The translations under genes were made by a program, and so were the position numbers. From the human T2T-CHM13v2.0 reference genome, Homo sapiens: DNA of 64,000 bases. The notes under the pieces are model-generated. The model did not search any database and was not told where the DNA came from. It saw only the letters and a list, made by a program, of their open reading frames with translations. Shown here piece after piece: positions 29,945 to 44,349 of the stretch (positions within the stretch are counted from its first letter, which is position 1; the number at the start of each line of letters is the position of its first letter). The stretch lies in the NCBI RefSeq assembly GCF_009914755.1, contig NC_060930.1; one strand, written 5' to 3'.

Positions 29945-32900
29945 ATGATAAAAGGATCAAATCCACACATATCAATACTAACCTTGAATGTAAATCAGCT
30001 AAATGGCGCAGTTAAAAGGCACAGAGTAGCAAGCTGGAAAAAAAGCAAGACCTAATGTTATGCTGTCTTCAAGAGACTCATCTCACTTGTAATGACACCC
30101 ATAGGCACAAAATAAAGGGATGAAGGAAAATTTACCAAACAAATGGAAAACAGAAAAAATCAGAGGTTGCAGTCCTAATTTCAGACAAAATAGACTTTAA
30201 ACCAACAAAGGTTAAAAAAGACAAAGAAGGGTATAAAATAATGGTAAAGTGTTCAATTCAATAAGAAGACCTAACTATTCTAAATATATATGTACCCAAC
30301 ACAGAGGCACCACGATTCATAAAGCAAGTTCTTAGAGACCTACAAAGAGACGTAGACTCCCACACAATAATAGTAGGAAACCTCAACACCCCACTGACAA
30401 TATTAGGTAGATCACTGAGGCAGAAAATTAACAAAGATAATCAGAACCTTAACTCAACATTTGACCAAATGGATCTGATTGACCTCTACAGAACTCTCCA
30501 TCCAAAACCAACAGAATATATATTCTGCTCATTGTCATATGGCACATACTCTAAAATCAGCCATATTATTGGACATAAAACAATCCTCAGCAAATGAAAA
30601 AGAACGAAAATTATATCAAACACACTCTTGGACGACAACATAATAAAAATAGAAGTCAAGACTAAGAAAATCACTCAAAACCATGCAATTACATAGAAAT
30701 TAAACAACCTGCTTCTGAATGACTTTTCAGTAAATATTGAAATTAAGGCAGAAATCAAAAAGTTCCTTGAAACTATGAAAACAGAAATACAACACACTGG
30801 AATCTCTGGGATACAGCTAAGGCAGTGTTAAGAGGAAAATTCATAGTGTTTAATGACCACATCAAAAAGTTAGAAAGATCTCAAATTAACAATCTAATAT
30901 CACAACAGAAAGAATTAGAGAAGCAAGAACAGAGCAACCCCAAAGCTAGCAGAAGACAAGAAATAATCCAGAACCAGAGATGAACTGAAGGGAATCAAGA
31001 TATGAAAAACCATTCAAAAGGCCAAAGAATCCAGGAATTTTTTTTGAAAAAATTAGTAAGATAGGATGCTAGCTAGACTAATAAAGAAGAAGAGAGAGAA
31101 GATTCAAATACAGAGAACTAGAAATGATAAAGGGAAAGTTATCACTGACCCCAGAGAAATAAAAATAACCATCAGAAAGTTACTATGAACACCTCTATGC
31201 ACACAAACTAGAAAACCTAGAAGAGGCAGATAAATTCTGGACATATACATCCCCCAAGACTAAACTAGGAAGAAATTGATTCCCTGAATAAACTAATAAT
31301 GAACTATGGAGACAATAATAAATGGTCTACCAATTAAAAAAAACCCAAGACCTGATGGATTCATAGCCAAATTCTACCAGATGTACAAAGAAGAGCTGAT
31401 ACCATTCCTACTGAAACTATTAAAAAAAATGAGAGGGGACTCCTCCTCAATCTATTCTATAAGGCCAGCACCACGCTGATACCAAAACCTGGCAAAGACA
31501 CGACAAAAAGAGAAAACTTCAGGCCGATATTCTTGATGAATATCAATGCAAAAATTCCCAATGAAATATTTGCAAACTGAATCCAGCAGCACATAAAAAA
31601 AGCTAATATACCATGATCAGGAGGCTTTATCCCTGGGATGCAAGCTTGATTCAACATGACAGCAAATCAATAAATGTGATTTATCACAAAAACAGAATTA
31701 AAGACAAAAACCACATGATTATCTCAATAGAAGCAGAAAAAGACTTCGATAAAACTCAACAGCCATTCATGTTAAAAACTACAAATCAAAGGAACATACC
31801 CAAAATAATGAGCCATTTATGAGAAACCCAAAGCTAACATCATACTGAATGAGCAAATGCTGGAAGCATTCCCCTTATAAATTGGCACAAGGTGAGGAGG
31901 CTCTCTCTCACCACTCCTATTCAATACAGTATTATAAAGTCCTAGCCAGAGCAATCAGGCAAGAGAAAGAAAGAAAGGGCATCCAAATAGGAAGAGAGGA
32001 ACTTGAACTATTCCCATTTTGTGGACAATATGATTCTATATCTAGAAAACCCCATAGTCTTGGCCCAAAAGCTCCTTCAGCTGATAAACAACTTCAGCAA
32101 AATTTTAGGTCACAAAATTAATGTACAAAAATCACCAGTGTTTCTACACACCAAGAATGGCCAAGTTGAGAACCTAATCAGGAAGACAATTCCATTTACA
32201 ATAGCCACAAAAAGAATAAAATACCTAGGAATACAGCTAACCAGGGAGGTGAAAGATCTCAACAATGAGAATTACAAAACACTGCTCAAAGAAATCAGAG
32301 AAGACATGAAGAAATGGAAAAATATCCCACTTTCATGGATAGGAAGAATCAATATCAGTAAAATGGACACACTGCCCGATTTACAGATCCAATGCTATTC
32401 CTTTCAGACTACCAATGACATTCTTCACAGAACTAGAAAAACTATTTTAAAATGTATATGGAACCAAAAAAGAGCCCAAATAGCCAAGGCAATTCTAAGC
32501 AAAAAGAAAAAAGCAAAAAAGCTGGAGGCATCATGTTACCTGACTTCAAACTACATCACAGGGCTACAGTAACCAAAACAGCATGATACTGGTACAAAAA
32601 CAGGCGCATAGACAAACAGAACAGAATAGAGAGCTCAGAAATAAGGCTACACACCTCTGAGCACCTGCTCTTCACAAAGCTGACAAAAACAAGCAATGGG
32701 GAAAGGACTCCCTATTCAATAAATAGTGCTGGGATAACTGGTTAGCCATATGCAGACGATTGAAAATGGACCCCTTCCTTACATTATATACAAAAATTAA
32801 CTCAGGATAGATTAAAGACTTACATGTGAAACCCAATACTAGAAGACAACTTGGGCAATACCATTCAGGATACAGGCACAGGCAAAGACTTCATGATGAA

Positions 32901-33720
32901 GACACACACAAAAAAATTACAACAAAGGCAAAAATTGACAAATGGGGTCTAATTAAACTAAAGAACTTCTGCACAGCAAGCAAAATAAACTACCAACAGA
33001 ATAGACAACCTACAGAAGGGGAGAAAATATATGCAAACTATGTATCTGAGAAAGCTCTAATATCCAGAATCTATAAGGACCTTAAACAGATTTACAAGAA
33101 AAAAAACAAACAATCCCGTTAAAAAGTGGCCAAAGAACATGAACAGACACTTTTCAAAAGAAGACATACCTGTGGCCAACAAGCATATGAAAAAAGCCCA
33201 GTATCACTGATCATTAGAGAAATGCAAATCAAAATCACAGTGAGATACCATCTCACACATAATGGCTATTTTTGAAAAGTCAAAACAGATGCTGGCAAGG
33301 TTGCAGAGAAAAGGGAACACTTATACACTGTTGGAGGGAGTGTGAATTACTTCAACCATTGTGGAAAGCAGTACAGTGATTCCTCAAAGAGCTAAAAGCA
33401 TAACTACCATTCAGCCAGGCAATTTCATTACTGGGTATATACTGAGAGGAATATAAATCATTCTACCATAAAGACACATGCACACAAATGTTCATTGCAG
33501 CACTATTCATAATAGCAAAAACATGGAATCAATCTAAATGCCCATCAATGAGAGATTGGATAAAGAAAGTGTGGTACGTATACACCATGGAATACTATGC
33601 TGCCATAAAAAAGAACAATATTATGTCTTTTGTGGGAATATGGATGAAGCCGAAGGCTATTATCCTTAGCAAGCTAATGTAGGAACAGAAAATCAAATAC
33701 CACACGTTCTCACTTATATA
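29945..33720 (+). pseudogene. Disrupted L1 ORF2 of the L1PA13-like element
   Basis: ORF 32003-32572 reads [12 protein letters not shown]...[17 protein letters not shown] (FADD mutated to FVDN); MFIAALFIIAKTWNQ. Confidence 0.85.
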
Positions 33721-34596
33721 TGGGAGCTAAATGATGAGAACTCATGAACACAAAGAAATGAACAACAGACATGGGGTCTACTTGAGGGTGGAGGGTGGGA
33801 GGAGGGAGAGGAGCAGAAAAGATAACTATTGAATATCGGGCTTAATACCAGGGTGATGAAATAATCTCTACAACAAACCCCTGTGACATGAGTTCACCTA
33901 TATAGCAAACCTTAACATGTACCCTTGAACCTAAAATGAAAGTTGAAAAAAAACCCACAAATTTTTAAAAGTTAAAATTATATCAAATATCTTTTCTGAC
34001 CACAATGGAATAAAACTAGAAATCAATAACAGAAGGAACATTAGAAACTGTACAAATCTGTGGAAGTTAAACAACATACTCCTGACAACAAATGAGTCAA
34101 TGAAGAAATTAAGAAGGCAATTAAAAAATTTATTGAGACAGATAGAAATGAAAGTAAAACGTAGCAAAACCGATTGGATACAACAAAGGACTTCTAAAAG
34201 GGAAGTTTATGGCAATAAATACCTAAAACATCAGAGTAGTAGAAAGACTTCAAATAAACAACATAATGATACACCTCAAGTAACTGGAAAAGGAAGAAAA
34301 CACCAAACCCCAAATTAGTAAAAGGAAATAAATAATAAGTATTAAAGTAGAAATAAATGAAGTTGAAACTAAGAATAATACAAAAGATCAACAAGACAAA
34401 AATTTTGTTTTTTTTTTGAAAAACAAAGTTAACAAACCTTTAGCCAGACTAAGAAAAAAAGACACAAATAAATAAAATCAGAGATGAAAAAGGAGACATT
34501 ACAATGAAAACCAGAGGTGAAAAAAGGAGACATTACAATGAATTCAAAGGATCATTAGACTATTATGAACACTTGTACACCAACAAATTGGAAAAC

Positions 34597-35137
<541 letters not shown>

Positions 35138-36329
35138 GAAATCAAAAAAGCAATCCCATTTAAAATACCTACAAAGAAAAGAAAATATCAAGGAATCAAT
35201 TTAACCAAAAGGGTAACATAACTCTACAAGGAAAACTATAAAAAAGCTGATGACAAAAATTGAAGAGACTCAAAAAAAAAGAAAGAGAAAAAAAGTTCCA
35301 TACTACCTAAAGCAATCTACAGATTCAATTCCTGTGAAAATACCAATGACATTCTTCACCAAAATAGAAATAACAATTCTAAAATTTGTATAGAACCACG
35401 GAAGACCCTGAATAGCTCAGTCAATCTTCAGCTAAAAGAATAAAGCTGGAATCATCACACTACCTAACTTCAGAATATACTACAAAGCTACAGTAACAAA
35501 AGCAGCATGGTAGTAGCATAAAAACAGACACATACAACAATGGAACAGAATAAATAACCCAGAAATAAATCCACACATTTATAGCCCACTTATTTTTGAC
35601 AAATGCATCAAGAACATACATTGGGGAAAGGAGAGTCTCTTCAATAAATGGTGTTGGGTGAACTGGATATTACTCAGATTTGATCATTATGCATTGTATG
35701 CTTGAATGAAAATACCACATGTGCCCTATAAATATGTACAATTATTTATGTATCAATAAAAAACAAAGAGTATTTTAAAAATACATCTGGGTGCCAAAAT
35801 TCATAACAAAAAGTTATGATTCTGTATATAAGCATGATGTTCATTATTTTAGTATTTCTGCACAAAGGACTTTTCTAACTTGTTGCAAGCTTTCATTAGG
35901 AGTAGAATTATAGCCATTGTATTTATTTTTCTTGTTTTGTTTTTATGGCTAGGCACATGATTTAGGGAAAATTTACTTGGAGAAATCACATATCTGTTAC
36001 ATATGCTACATGAAATAGGGAGGACCGAATTCTTTCATCAGAGTACAGAAATTGATTAGACATATACATCCCTACCTCATAGGAGAGGAAAGCTTTATTT
36101 GGTGTATCCTGAGACTATTCAAGTATGGAGCTTCTGGAGCGAAGGATTCATTGTACTTCTCAGTTACTAGATGAAGATTCTCATATTGACACTGCACATC
36201 TTCATGCAACTCTTTGGGCTGCTGGAATGCTCAGAAGTAAATTTAGATTTTACTTCTATTGAGCATTTTTATAAACTCTTCATATTATAATTTTTAGCCT
36301 TATTTTTCATTAAACTCAATTTCTTTTGA

Positions 36330-36828
36330 CTATATCACTTGGGCGCTCTTGCCAATCTTGAGTTCTGCCAGTGGGAGACTACAGAACATTAAACTGGTGG
36401 AAGGAAAAATGGAACATTTTCCCTGCTCCTTACCCACTTGGGCCTGCATTTATGCTGGTGCCAGCATCCATCCACACTTGTACCTCCTGTTGAGAGGGAG
36501 GCCCTTCCCCCACAACTCTAGCTTTCACTAGATTCTGATAGCCCTACTCGCTCTTGCTCCTTCAGGTCTGGGAGTGGTGCTGGCTTTCTGCTCTTGCCAG
36601 TGTCTGAGTGCAATATCCCTTATTGGTTTCCCTTATTGATTAGGGAATAACCAATATGTGAAAACCAATTGGTCCTGGCTTCCTGCTCTTGCCAGTGAGT
36701 GCAGTATCCCTTATTGGTTTCCTCGGCCCTCTGCACACATGGGAGGAGTAGCGGGGTAGTCTTTTAATTAATATTTTTTGAATTATCAGAGTTGGACTCA
36801 GTTTCCTATTAGGTACCTGACTGATACC
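36330..36828 (+). mobile_element. Old ERVL LTR (LTR33-like)
   Basis: ctcttgctccttcaggtctgggagtggt...cccttattggtttccct...tttcctattaggtacctgactgata. Confidence 0.5.
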
Positions 36829-37772
36829 CACCCCTTCCTCAAAGACATTTTACTGCCCTCTATTGAAACCTTTCATAAGCAATTGTATACATGTATCTCC
36901 AGTGTGAACTGTGCCACTTAGATGTGGGTTGGAGTAAACAATCCAAAGCACAGCAAAATGAGAGGGACAGAAGTTTTAACTTAATAAGGGGAATCCATCC
37001 TCCATACCTCTATAAAGGAACACCAAAGCCTCTCCACTTAGTCTCAGAGTGTCACCTGCGTATGCTTCCTCATTCTCAAAGTTTCTCTCTTCAGTCCTTT
37101 CTCTCGTCCTCACTCAGCAGCTTCTTTCAGTTTTTCTCATTGAGTATTTTGTCTCTCCCTTGGGAAACTCCACCCTTCACCAAGTAGAGTTGTCCAAGCC
37201 ACAGTCCTTTCGTGTGTCTGGTAAGTTCCACCTCAGATTTAGCAGGAAAGAAATGTTAGGGGTTTTTCTTCTCCAAAGAATATGCTGACTCTGAAGAGAG
37301 GAGAGTTGAGTTCTGATCCAACAAGCATGGGGTTGGAGTTCCAGATAGAGGTGGACAGTGAATGCCTTTATTCTAGCTTGGGTTTCCACAAGGTATATGG
37401 CTGTGATCAGTTGTTTCTCAATTAGACAAGGGTATCATCGTGAAGAAAATTAATTTTTTCTGGAGACGACATTGTATATTCTCACCCAGTGATTATATTT
37501 CTTCTATTAACAGTATTTTAACCCTATTCCTTGCATACACACACACACAACCAAGTATTGTTGTATTAAGCTAGCATTATTTTCTTAGGTTTTCATGATA
37601 TAGAAACCTACCTTTAGCGAAGTTGCTGAATAATCTGGGCTGGGTGGTGCCATGTTCAAATAGTTTTTCCTGATTGCCAATCTCAGATACCCACCTTATA
37701 ATGCAATCACAGATTGTGCTAATTCAGTGTAAAATACTCTTAAAGTACCTTGATGCATGTGTCGATTAAGTT

Positions 37773-37948
37773 AATGGTTCTCAGCTGGGACCAATTTTAC
37801 TTCACAGGTGATGCTGGCGATTGAAAACATTTTGGAATGTAACTGAGGGGAAGAGGTTATTACTAGAGGACAGAGGCCAGGAATGGTCCTAAACATCCTA
37901 CAACGCACAGGACAGGCTCACATAACAAAGAATTATCCAGTTCAAAAC
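37773..37948. mobile_element. MER20-like hAT-Charlie MITE
   Basis: tggttctcagctggg...agaggccagga...ctaaacatcctacaacgcacaggacag...acaaagaattatccag. Confidence 0.7.
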
Positions 37949-38321
37949 TCCCCTCAGGGAGCTTTCATCCGTGTTTTGATTAGGGAGGTAAAATCACTAA
38001 GACTTACTTTTGGACATGTCCTTATGGGATTGTGCTCTGATTTGAAGCAGAACCACTTCTGTGGATAAAAGGCCAAAGTGTCCTCATTTTCCAAATTTCT
38101 CCCTTACAATGACTCACACACACACTCATTCACTCAGAGGAAATCAAGATAAAGAGCAAGAAGCTTCAAAATCTCAGCCTGACAGAGGGTGTGTGATGAA
38201 GGTTAGGGTTCAATTTGCTCCCTTCATCTTGGAGACAGGGAGGCAAGGTTGGACAGTACTGGTATTAGAAGGAATTCCTTCCTACTCCTCTCCCTTCTTC
38301 ACTCATATCTGGCCTCACTGG

Positions 38322-38870
38322 CAGGGTTTCCAGATAAAATATAGGATGTCCTGCTGTCTTAGCTTAAGCTGCCATAACAAAATACCACGGATTAGGTGGC
38401 TTAAACAACACACATTTATTTCTCACAGTTTTGGAGGGTGGGAAGTCCAAAAGGAAGGTATCGGCAGGTTTGGTTCCTGGTGAGGGCTGTCCTTCTGGCT
38501 GCCAGGTGCCCACGTTATCACTGTGTCTTCACATGGCCTTTCCTTGGTGCATGGCTGTGGAGAGACCCCTCTCTCTCTCTCCATATAAAGCCACCAATCC
38601 CATTAGACTAGGATCCCACCTTTATGTCCTTATTTAATTACCGTCTAAAAGTTCTATCTTCAAAGATAGTTACAGTATGGGTTAGAGCTTCAACATACGA
38701 ACTTTAGGGGGAACACATTTCAGTCTGTAGCACCAGTTAAATTTGAATTACAGATAAACAACAAATAATTTACTGGGCATACTTATATTAAACATTATTC
38801 ATTGTTAATCCAACATGTAAAATTTAATTGGAAATCCTGTATTTTTATTGGCTAAATCTGCCAAACCTCT
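38322..38870. mobile_element. MER33-like MITE split by an MLT1A LTR (38322-38351 and 38733-38870)
   Basis: cagggtttccagataaaatataggatgtcc joins ccagttaaatttgaattacagataaacaac...gctaaatctgcc. Confidence 0.7.
38352..38732 (-). mobile_element. MLT1A-like MaLR LTR
   Basis: gctgccataacaaaataccac...ggtggcttaaacaaca...gggttagagcttcaacata...cagtctgtagca. Confidence 0.8.
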
Positions 38871-39593
38871 TCCCTGGGCCATTAGCTGGCATTGGCAACA
38901 CAGACCCTGTTCTAGGATCAAAAACACAGGAGGAATGTGATGGATTCCAGAGTCACATTTCTACAGGATAGGTCTGATTTTGCCTAAAAAACATATCCCC
39001 TTCCCTTTGCTTGTCTGTCATTTGGAGAAACTTCTTTACTAACACCAGTGCATGGTTGTTGCAAGTGCAACTGTGCCCTTTCCAGAATGTGAAAAGAATA
39101 AATGTTGCCATTTACAATTAGAGTATTAATTTTATTTTTTTCTATGTGATACAGATATTGAATAATTTGGAAAGTAAAGGGGAATTTTTGTTATGGCTTT
39201 TATAATTTTCAGCCTCAAATTTAATAACAATATTATTTATTGATGATTAATAAGTCATCATTTTATTACCTCATTTTTAATATAGCATTTTGCTATACTC
39301 TGCCATAAATTTTCATATATTATCATTTACCTCAAGGAACTTATTAAAATACTGTCAGTTATTCAATTTTCTACAACTTTCAAAAAAATTATAAAAATAC
39401 CAAAAGAATGACTCCAGGTCTTTCTCTGTGGTGTGTCTGTGTTTTGGTTATGCTTATATTTTCTCATTCATTAATTGACAAATATTTTTTAATACATATA
39501 GTGAACCGGACATTTGATAAGCATAACTAAGACCCTCTTACTGGATTTCTGAACTTCACACTTTGACAAACGTAACACAATTGCTTGGCAGTT

Positions 39594-40130
39594 TGTATTA
39601 GTTGCATGTTGCTATGTAACAAATTAGCTCAAATCTGGAAGCAATAGCGTTTCTATGTCACAGTTTTCTACAGGTCAAGAATCTGGGTACAGCTTATCTG
39701 GGTCCTGTGCTCCAGAGCCTCAGAGGTTTCAGAGTTGACGAGGGCTATGGTCTTATGGTGTGAGTGAGAAATGAGCCTTTCTAAGCTTCCTTGTGAGGTT
39801 GTGGCAGGATTCAGTTCCTCAAAGGTTGTTGGACTGAGGGCCTCAGTTCCTCACTGGCTGTTGGCCAGAAGCTGCTCTCAGTTTCTCACCACATGGGCCT
39901 CACCATATGATAGTTCAGAACATGACTGCTAGTTTCTATTAGAGAAGTCAAGTGACAGGGCCAGAGAGAGAGTGCCAGCATGACCAAAATAATCTTTTGT
40001 AACCTAACCATGGAAGTGACATTCTAAGACTTTTGCTATATTTTATTTGTTAGAAGGAAGTCTCTAGGTCCAGCCCTTAGGAGAAATTAATGTTAGGGGC
40101 AAAAACTGAAGCCATTTTTAAGATACTACT
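39594..40130 (-). mobile_element. MLT1E/F-like MaLR LTR
   Basis: tgtattagtt...ggcaggattcagttcctc...ggactgagggcctcagttcctcactggctgttggccag. Confidence 0.7.
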
Positions 40131-41273
40131 TTAACTTCTGGCCTTTGTTTTTCAAAAAGTCTAACTCATTGAAGTGATTAATATAAGTTATCTTGAAGGA
40201 CAGAGGAGAATAGAGGGGAACAATTTTCAAGTTAAGGAGAGAGGGTGGGAAAGATTTCCTCAGGAGTAAAGAGGCTAGAAGTCTGACAGCCTGTTGAGAA
40301 CAATTGCCCTAGGGATAAATGAGATGAGGGACCAGAGCTGATTCTACCTGGGTGTAAAGGTAATAAATGGACATTTCTTACACACCTGTGTAAATCTGTA
40401 CACCGAGAATCTTTGTTGTTTTTGATATTTATCAACGTTTATTCACTTTAGGAGTTGACATGTGACTAAGAGGGGACAAAAACCAATGTTTTAAACTAAC
40501 TGCATAGTCATTTTATGGATATAAATCTTAGTGTGTTTGATTTAAATGGGTTGCTGTAGAATTTGGTAAGACCTTTTAAGTTATGTCAGAGAGAATTTGT
40601 TCCAGAGCAATTATGATGCTTGCAGCCAACTTAATATTCATTTTCATAATTATTTTCCAATACATGAAATGCTGTAAAAAGACCAGAACAAATGAATTTT
40701 TGCTCATTTAATTTGCTATTTTTAGTGATCAGGATATGGTGTTTATTAGGCTTGTGAAATGAAAATGTTACATGTTCAAATTTGAGATAAAATCTTAGTA
40801 AACTGAACAAAAATTATGATATCTCCCATGCTTCATTCTTAATTCTACTGCTCCTTCCGTTTGAAAAAAATTCAAATATTTTAGTCTTACTTGTCGGTTC
40901 CTCTGCTTCGGACCTCTTAGCAATTCCTGCATTCCCAATGCTGTGATTCTGGTCAGAGCATGTCTCTTTCTGCTGGTCTTCTGCCGGAGCCTTCCAACAG
41001 CTCCCCATGGATGCTCCTCAAACCCATCCTCTACACAGCGAGAGAGTGATCTGAAAACAAATGAACAAACAAAAAAAGTCAGACCACACCCTTCCCTTTG
41101 CAAAACCCACCCGAAGCTTCTCATTCAACTTTGAATAAAACACAGACTCTTTAGATATCTTCAACCTGCCTGTTCAATGCCAGCTATACTCCCCCCTCAC
41201 TCTACTCCACTTTTGTTCTGGCCCTCATACTTACAAAACTCTAGAGCCTAATTCAGGTGAGTCAAGCATACCA

Positions 41274-41550
41274 AATCCCAGCACTTTGGGAGGCCGAGGT
41301 GGGCGGATCACCTGAGGTCAGGATTTCGAGACCAGCCTGGCCAACATGGTGAAACCCCGTCTCTACTAAAAATACAAAAATTAGCTAGGTATGCTGGCAG
41401 GCGCCTGTAATCCCGGCTACTCGAGAGGCTGAAGCAGGAGAATCACTTGAGCCTAGGAGGTGGAGGATGCAGTAAGCCTAGATCATGCCACGGCACTCCA
41501 GCCTGGGAGACAGAGAGAGACTCCATCTCAAAGCAAACAAACAAACAAAG
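41274..41550 (+). mobile_element. AluS (Sx-like) lacking its first ~25 bp, with (AAAC)n tail
   Basis: aatcccagcactttgggaggccgaggtgggcggatcacctgagg. Confidence 0.9.
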
Positions 41551-43324
41551 AACCACACACACAAATAACAAAAAGCAAATCTGCTTGAGGTAATCAAAGT
41601 GCTCATAATGATTACTTTCCATAGATTAGCTGTTACCTGGATGGAGTCAGATTCTGTCTCATGTGTTTGATTCTAGTTTCTTCTGTCAAATGACTGATGA
41701 TAATCGAGGACTTCCTGTGGCAAGCAAATTAAAATAACTTTCTCTGCCATTACTCTCCAAAGCGTGTGAAGATGACCTGTTTAGCTGTTCAGTTGGTCTT
41801 TTGCTCAGAGTTCAAAGCCTCCTATTTCTTTATTTGATAAAGTTTAGCAGTAATATCTGTGGGTCAGAAATTTCATGCTATTTAGAGACTGGGCAGTGGA
41901 TATGTGAGCCTGAGGCAAGTTTATTTGTTATTAATTTCTCTCTCCTTCAGCTCACCAGTCCTCATGAGCAGACATGCCCTACTTATCAATATGACCTATG
42001 CATTAACAACTTTGGAAGACCCCGGTTGGCTATATCCTTTGAAAGGAGATGCATTTTCTTGATTAAACAATATACCATTACAATGGGTAAGCTTGAAAGA
42101 GATGGAGAAAATGGAGTTACTAATCATTCTTCATGCTCTTCAGGAAATGCAATTTCTATTTCAGTAAAGCAAATAATTTCTCTTTGGTAAGAAAAAAAAA
42201 AAAAGAACTCTAAATGCTCCTCACCTGTGGGTCATACCTGAAAGCCTCAGTCTATCCTATGGGATGCTATGCATTCCTTCTGTATGGCATTCTTTCTTCC
42301 AGTTGTTTCTAAGTGGTAGACAGAGTTGAGGCTGAGCTTAGGTCACTTTTCCTGGAGATTTTATGTTATGACTCTTGTAGTTCTCTCAGAGTATACCTGG
42401 ACTAAAGACTTCAAGTTCTCAAAAGAAAAATAAGACTATGTATCAGCCATAGAAACATATATTAAGAGATGATAAAAGCAAACAAAATGGTATATTAAAA
42501 GCTCTTGTCACTTCTTCCAGAGAGCCAAAGAAATGCCTATTAAGCATCAACTGTGTGCTCAGCACTCTATTAGGATGAGCAAATCATTTATTTGGGATTG
42601 AACAATGACATATATACTACAATGAAGAACATGAAAAATATACAGCATAATAGAAGGCAAAATCAGAGACTGTAGGAGCCAAAAGGCGGGGAATCAAAAG
42701 AACTGAGATGACCAGCAAAGCCTTCAAGAGTCTTCAGTGATGAGAATGATTTGCCTAGGAGCCAAAGCCTTAGTCATTCTCCTTACAAAGCCTATGTGAC
42801 AGCTTCCCTGTTAATTTTTTCACAGATAACATTCCATCTCCTCAGAAGTGTGTGACCCTTTGGGCCACAGCTGGCTCCTTCCAGAGAGGAGAGGCTTAAG
42901 TCCTGATTCCCCTATTTACCTGGGGACTCCAGATGTTTGCAATACAAGGTCAAGTTTATAGAACCACCCAATACCATTTCCGTCTTCAAATATGGGCTCA
43001 GGTTTCCTTGGAGGCAACATAATTATTTATCAGCACTCATTTAAAACCTGCTCAGGATGATTACCACAGGACTGATCAGTCTCTTCTGTCCATATACCCC
43101 AGCATAGGGGCTGAAGGGCATTCTCTTAACTCCCAACACCACTTGTAAACCTAAGCACTCATGCAAAAATCCTTCCTCTTTGGACTTTCAGGTTTTCCAT
43201 CTTTTTCTTCTTAATAGCTGTCATCTACAGAACTCCTGGCCACTTTTCCATACTCAGTAATGACTATGGGCTCTGAATCCCTGTCATCGTCTTCATCCCA
43301 AACACCACCATCTTTCTTGAAATA

Positions 43325-43535
43325 AGCACAGGCTTTGAAATGAAAAAGAAGTGGGTTTGAGATTCAGCTCTGCTATGTACCAGTTGTGTGACCATGGGCA
43401 AGTTACATAATTTCTCTGATCCTTAGTTTCCTCATACGTAAAACATAAGAATAGTGCTTACTTCAAAAGGCTGTGCAATTACGCGTGTAACTTGCTCACC
43501 ACAATGCTGAGCCATAGACAGTGATAAATAAATAT
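43325..43535. mobile_element. MIR
   Basis: tgtgtgaccatgggcaagttacataatttctctgatccttagtttcctcatacgtaaaa (MIR core). Confidence 0.75.
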
Positions 43536-44349
43536 TGCTTATGAAGATTGCTATGAGTAACAGCACACCCAACACCCTTGTTTATAGTTCATTGATCTTC
43601 TCAGCTCTACCATCTCGTCCTATGCAGCCCCACCTTCAGCTTTGGGCTGCACCTTTGCAACCTGAATGTTCCTCCTGCAAAATCTTAAACATCTACATTT
43701 TTATGCCACCTTTTTCTATTATTCTAGGCCTCTTATTTCTATGCTCACTTTACACCTGTTCTTCAGTTTTTTTTATCTTCAGTTCCTCTTTGTTCTTCTT
43801 TCTCTCGTTTCTCAAAAATGTACAGACCTCATAATGTTATTTAATTTATAACAGTCTTTGACAACTCTCTTGCTTTTTGGTTTTTCTTCTGCATCTTTCT
43901 GATAAAACCTTATTCATAAATCAAACCAGGTGACTTCTTCTTCTGTTTTCATACCCAGTTTCCAGAGAGCTACTAGAAAAAAATGCATTTCAATGAGAAT
44001 GTGTAAGTTTACAGTTTCCAACCTGGCTCTGGTGAACTCCCTCTGCCAGGCGTCACCTCATCGTCTGTACCTTCAACACTCTCTTGGAGTTCCCTACATA
44101 TCACCTCTCTCAAAGCTTCCAGCTGAGCTGCTTGACAATTACATCATGAGAGGAACTTTTTAAACTTTCTGCTACTTCCGCTCTCTTAGCCCTTTCCTAG
44201 CTCCTCCCGCTCCAATGATATAGTAACACTTGCTCTTACAGTAGAAAGTTCTGTATCCCATCCTTCCCTGTTTCATCGGGGATGTTGTTCCATTGTTTTA
44301 TCTCAATCCTCTCCTGTTGCTTTACCCTTTTTTTCACTTAATGTGCTCT

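Noticed and set aside
32003-32572. Longest ORF (189 aa), reverse-transcriptase-like
   Set aside because: Fragment of a dead L1 ORF2; catalytic FADD reads FVDN and it is flanked by frameshifts
38061-38483. 140 aa ORF
   Set aside because: Runs through MER33-like and MLT1A sequence; chance ORF
41801-42190. 129 aa ORF in unique sequence
   Set aside because: Non-ATG start, no recognisable motif, no convincing splice context
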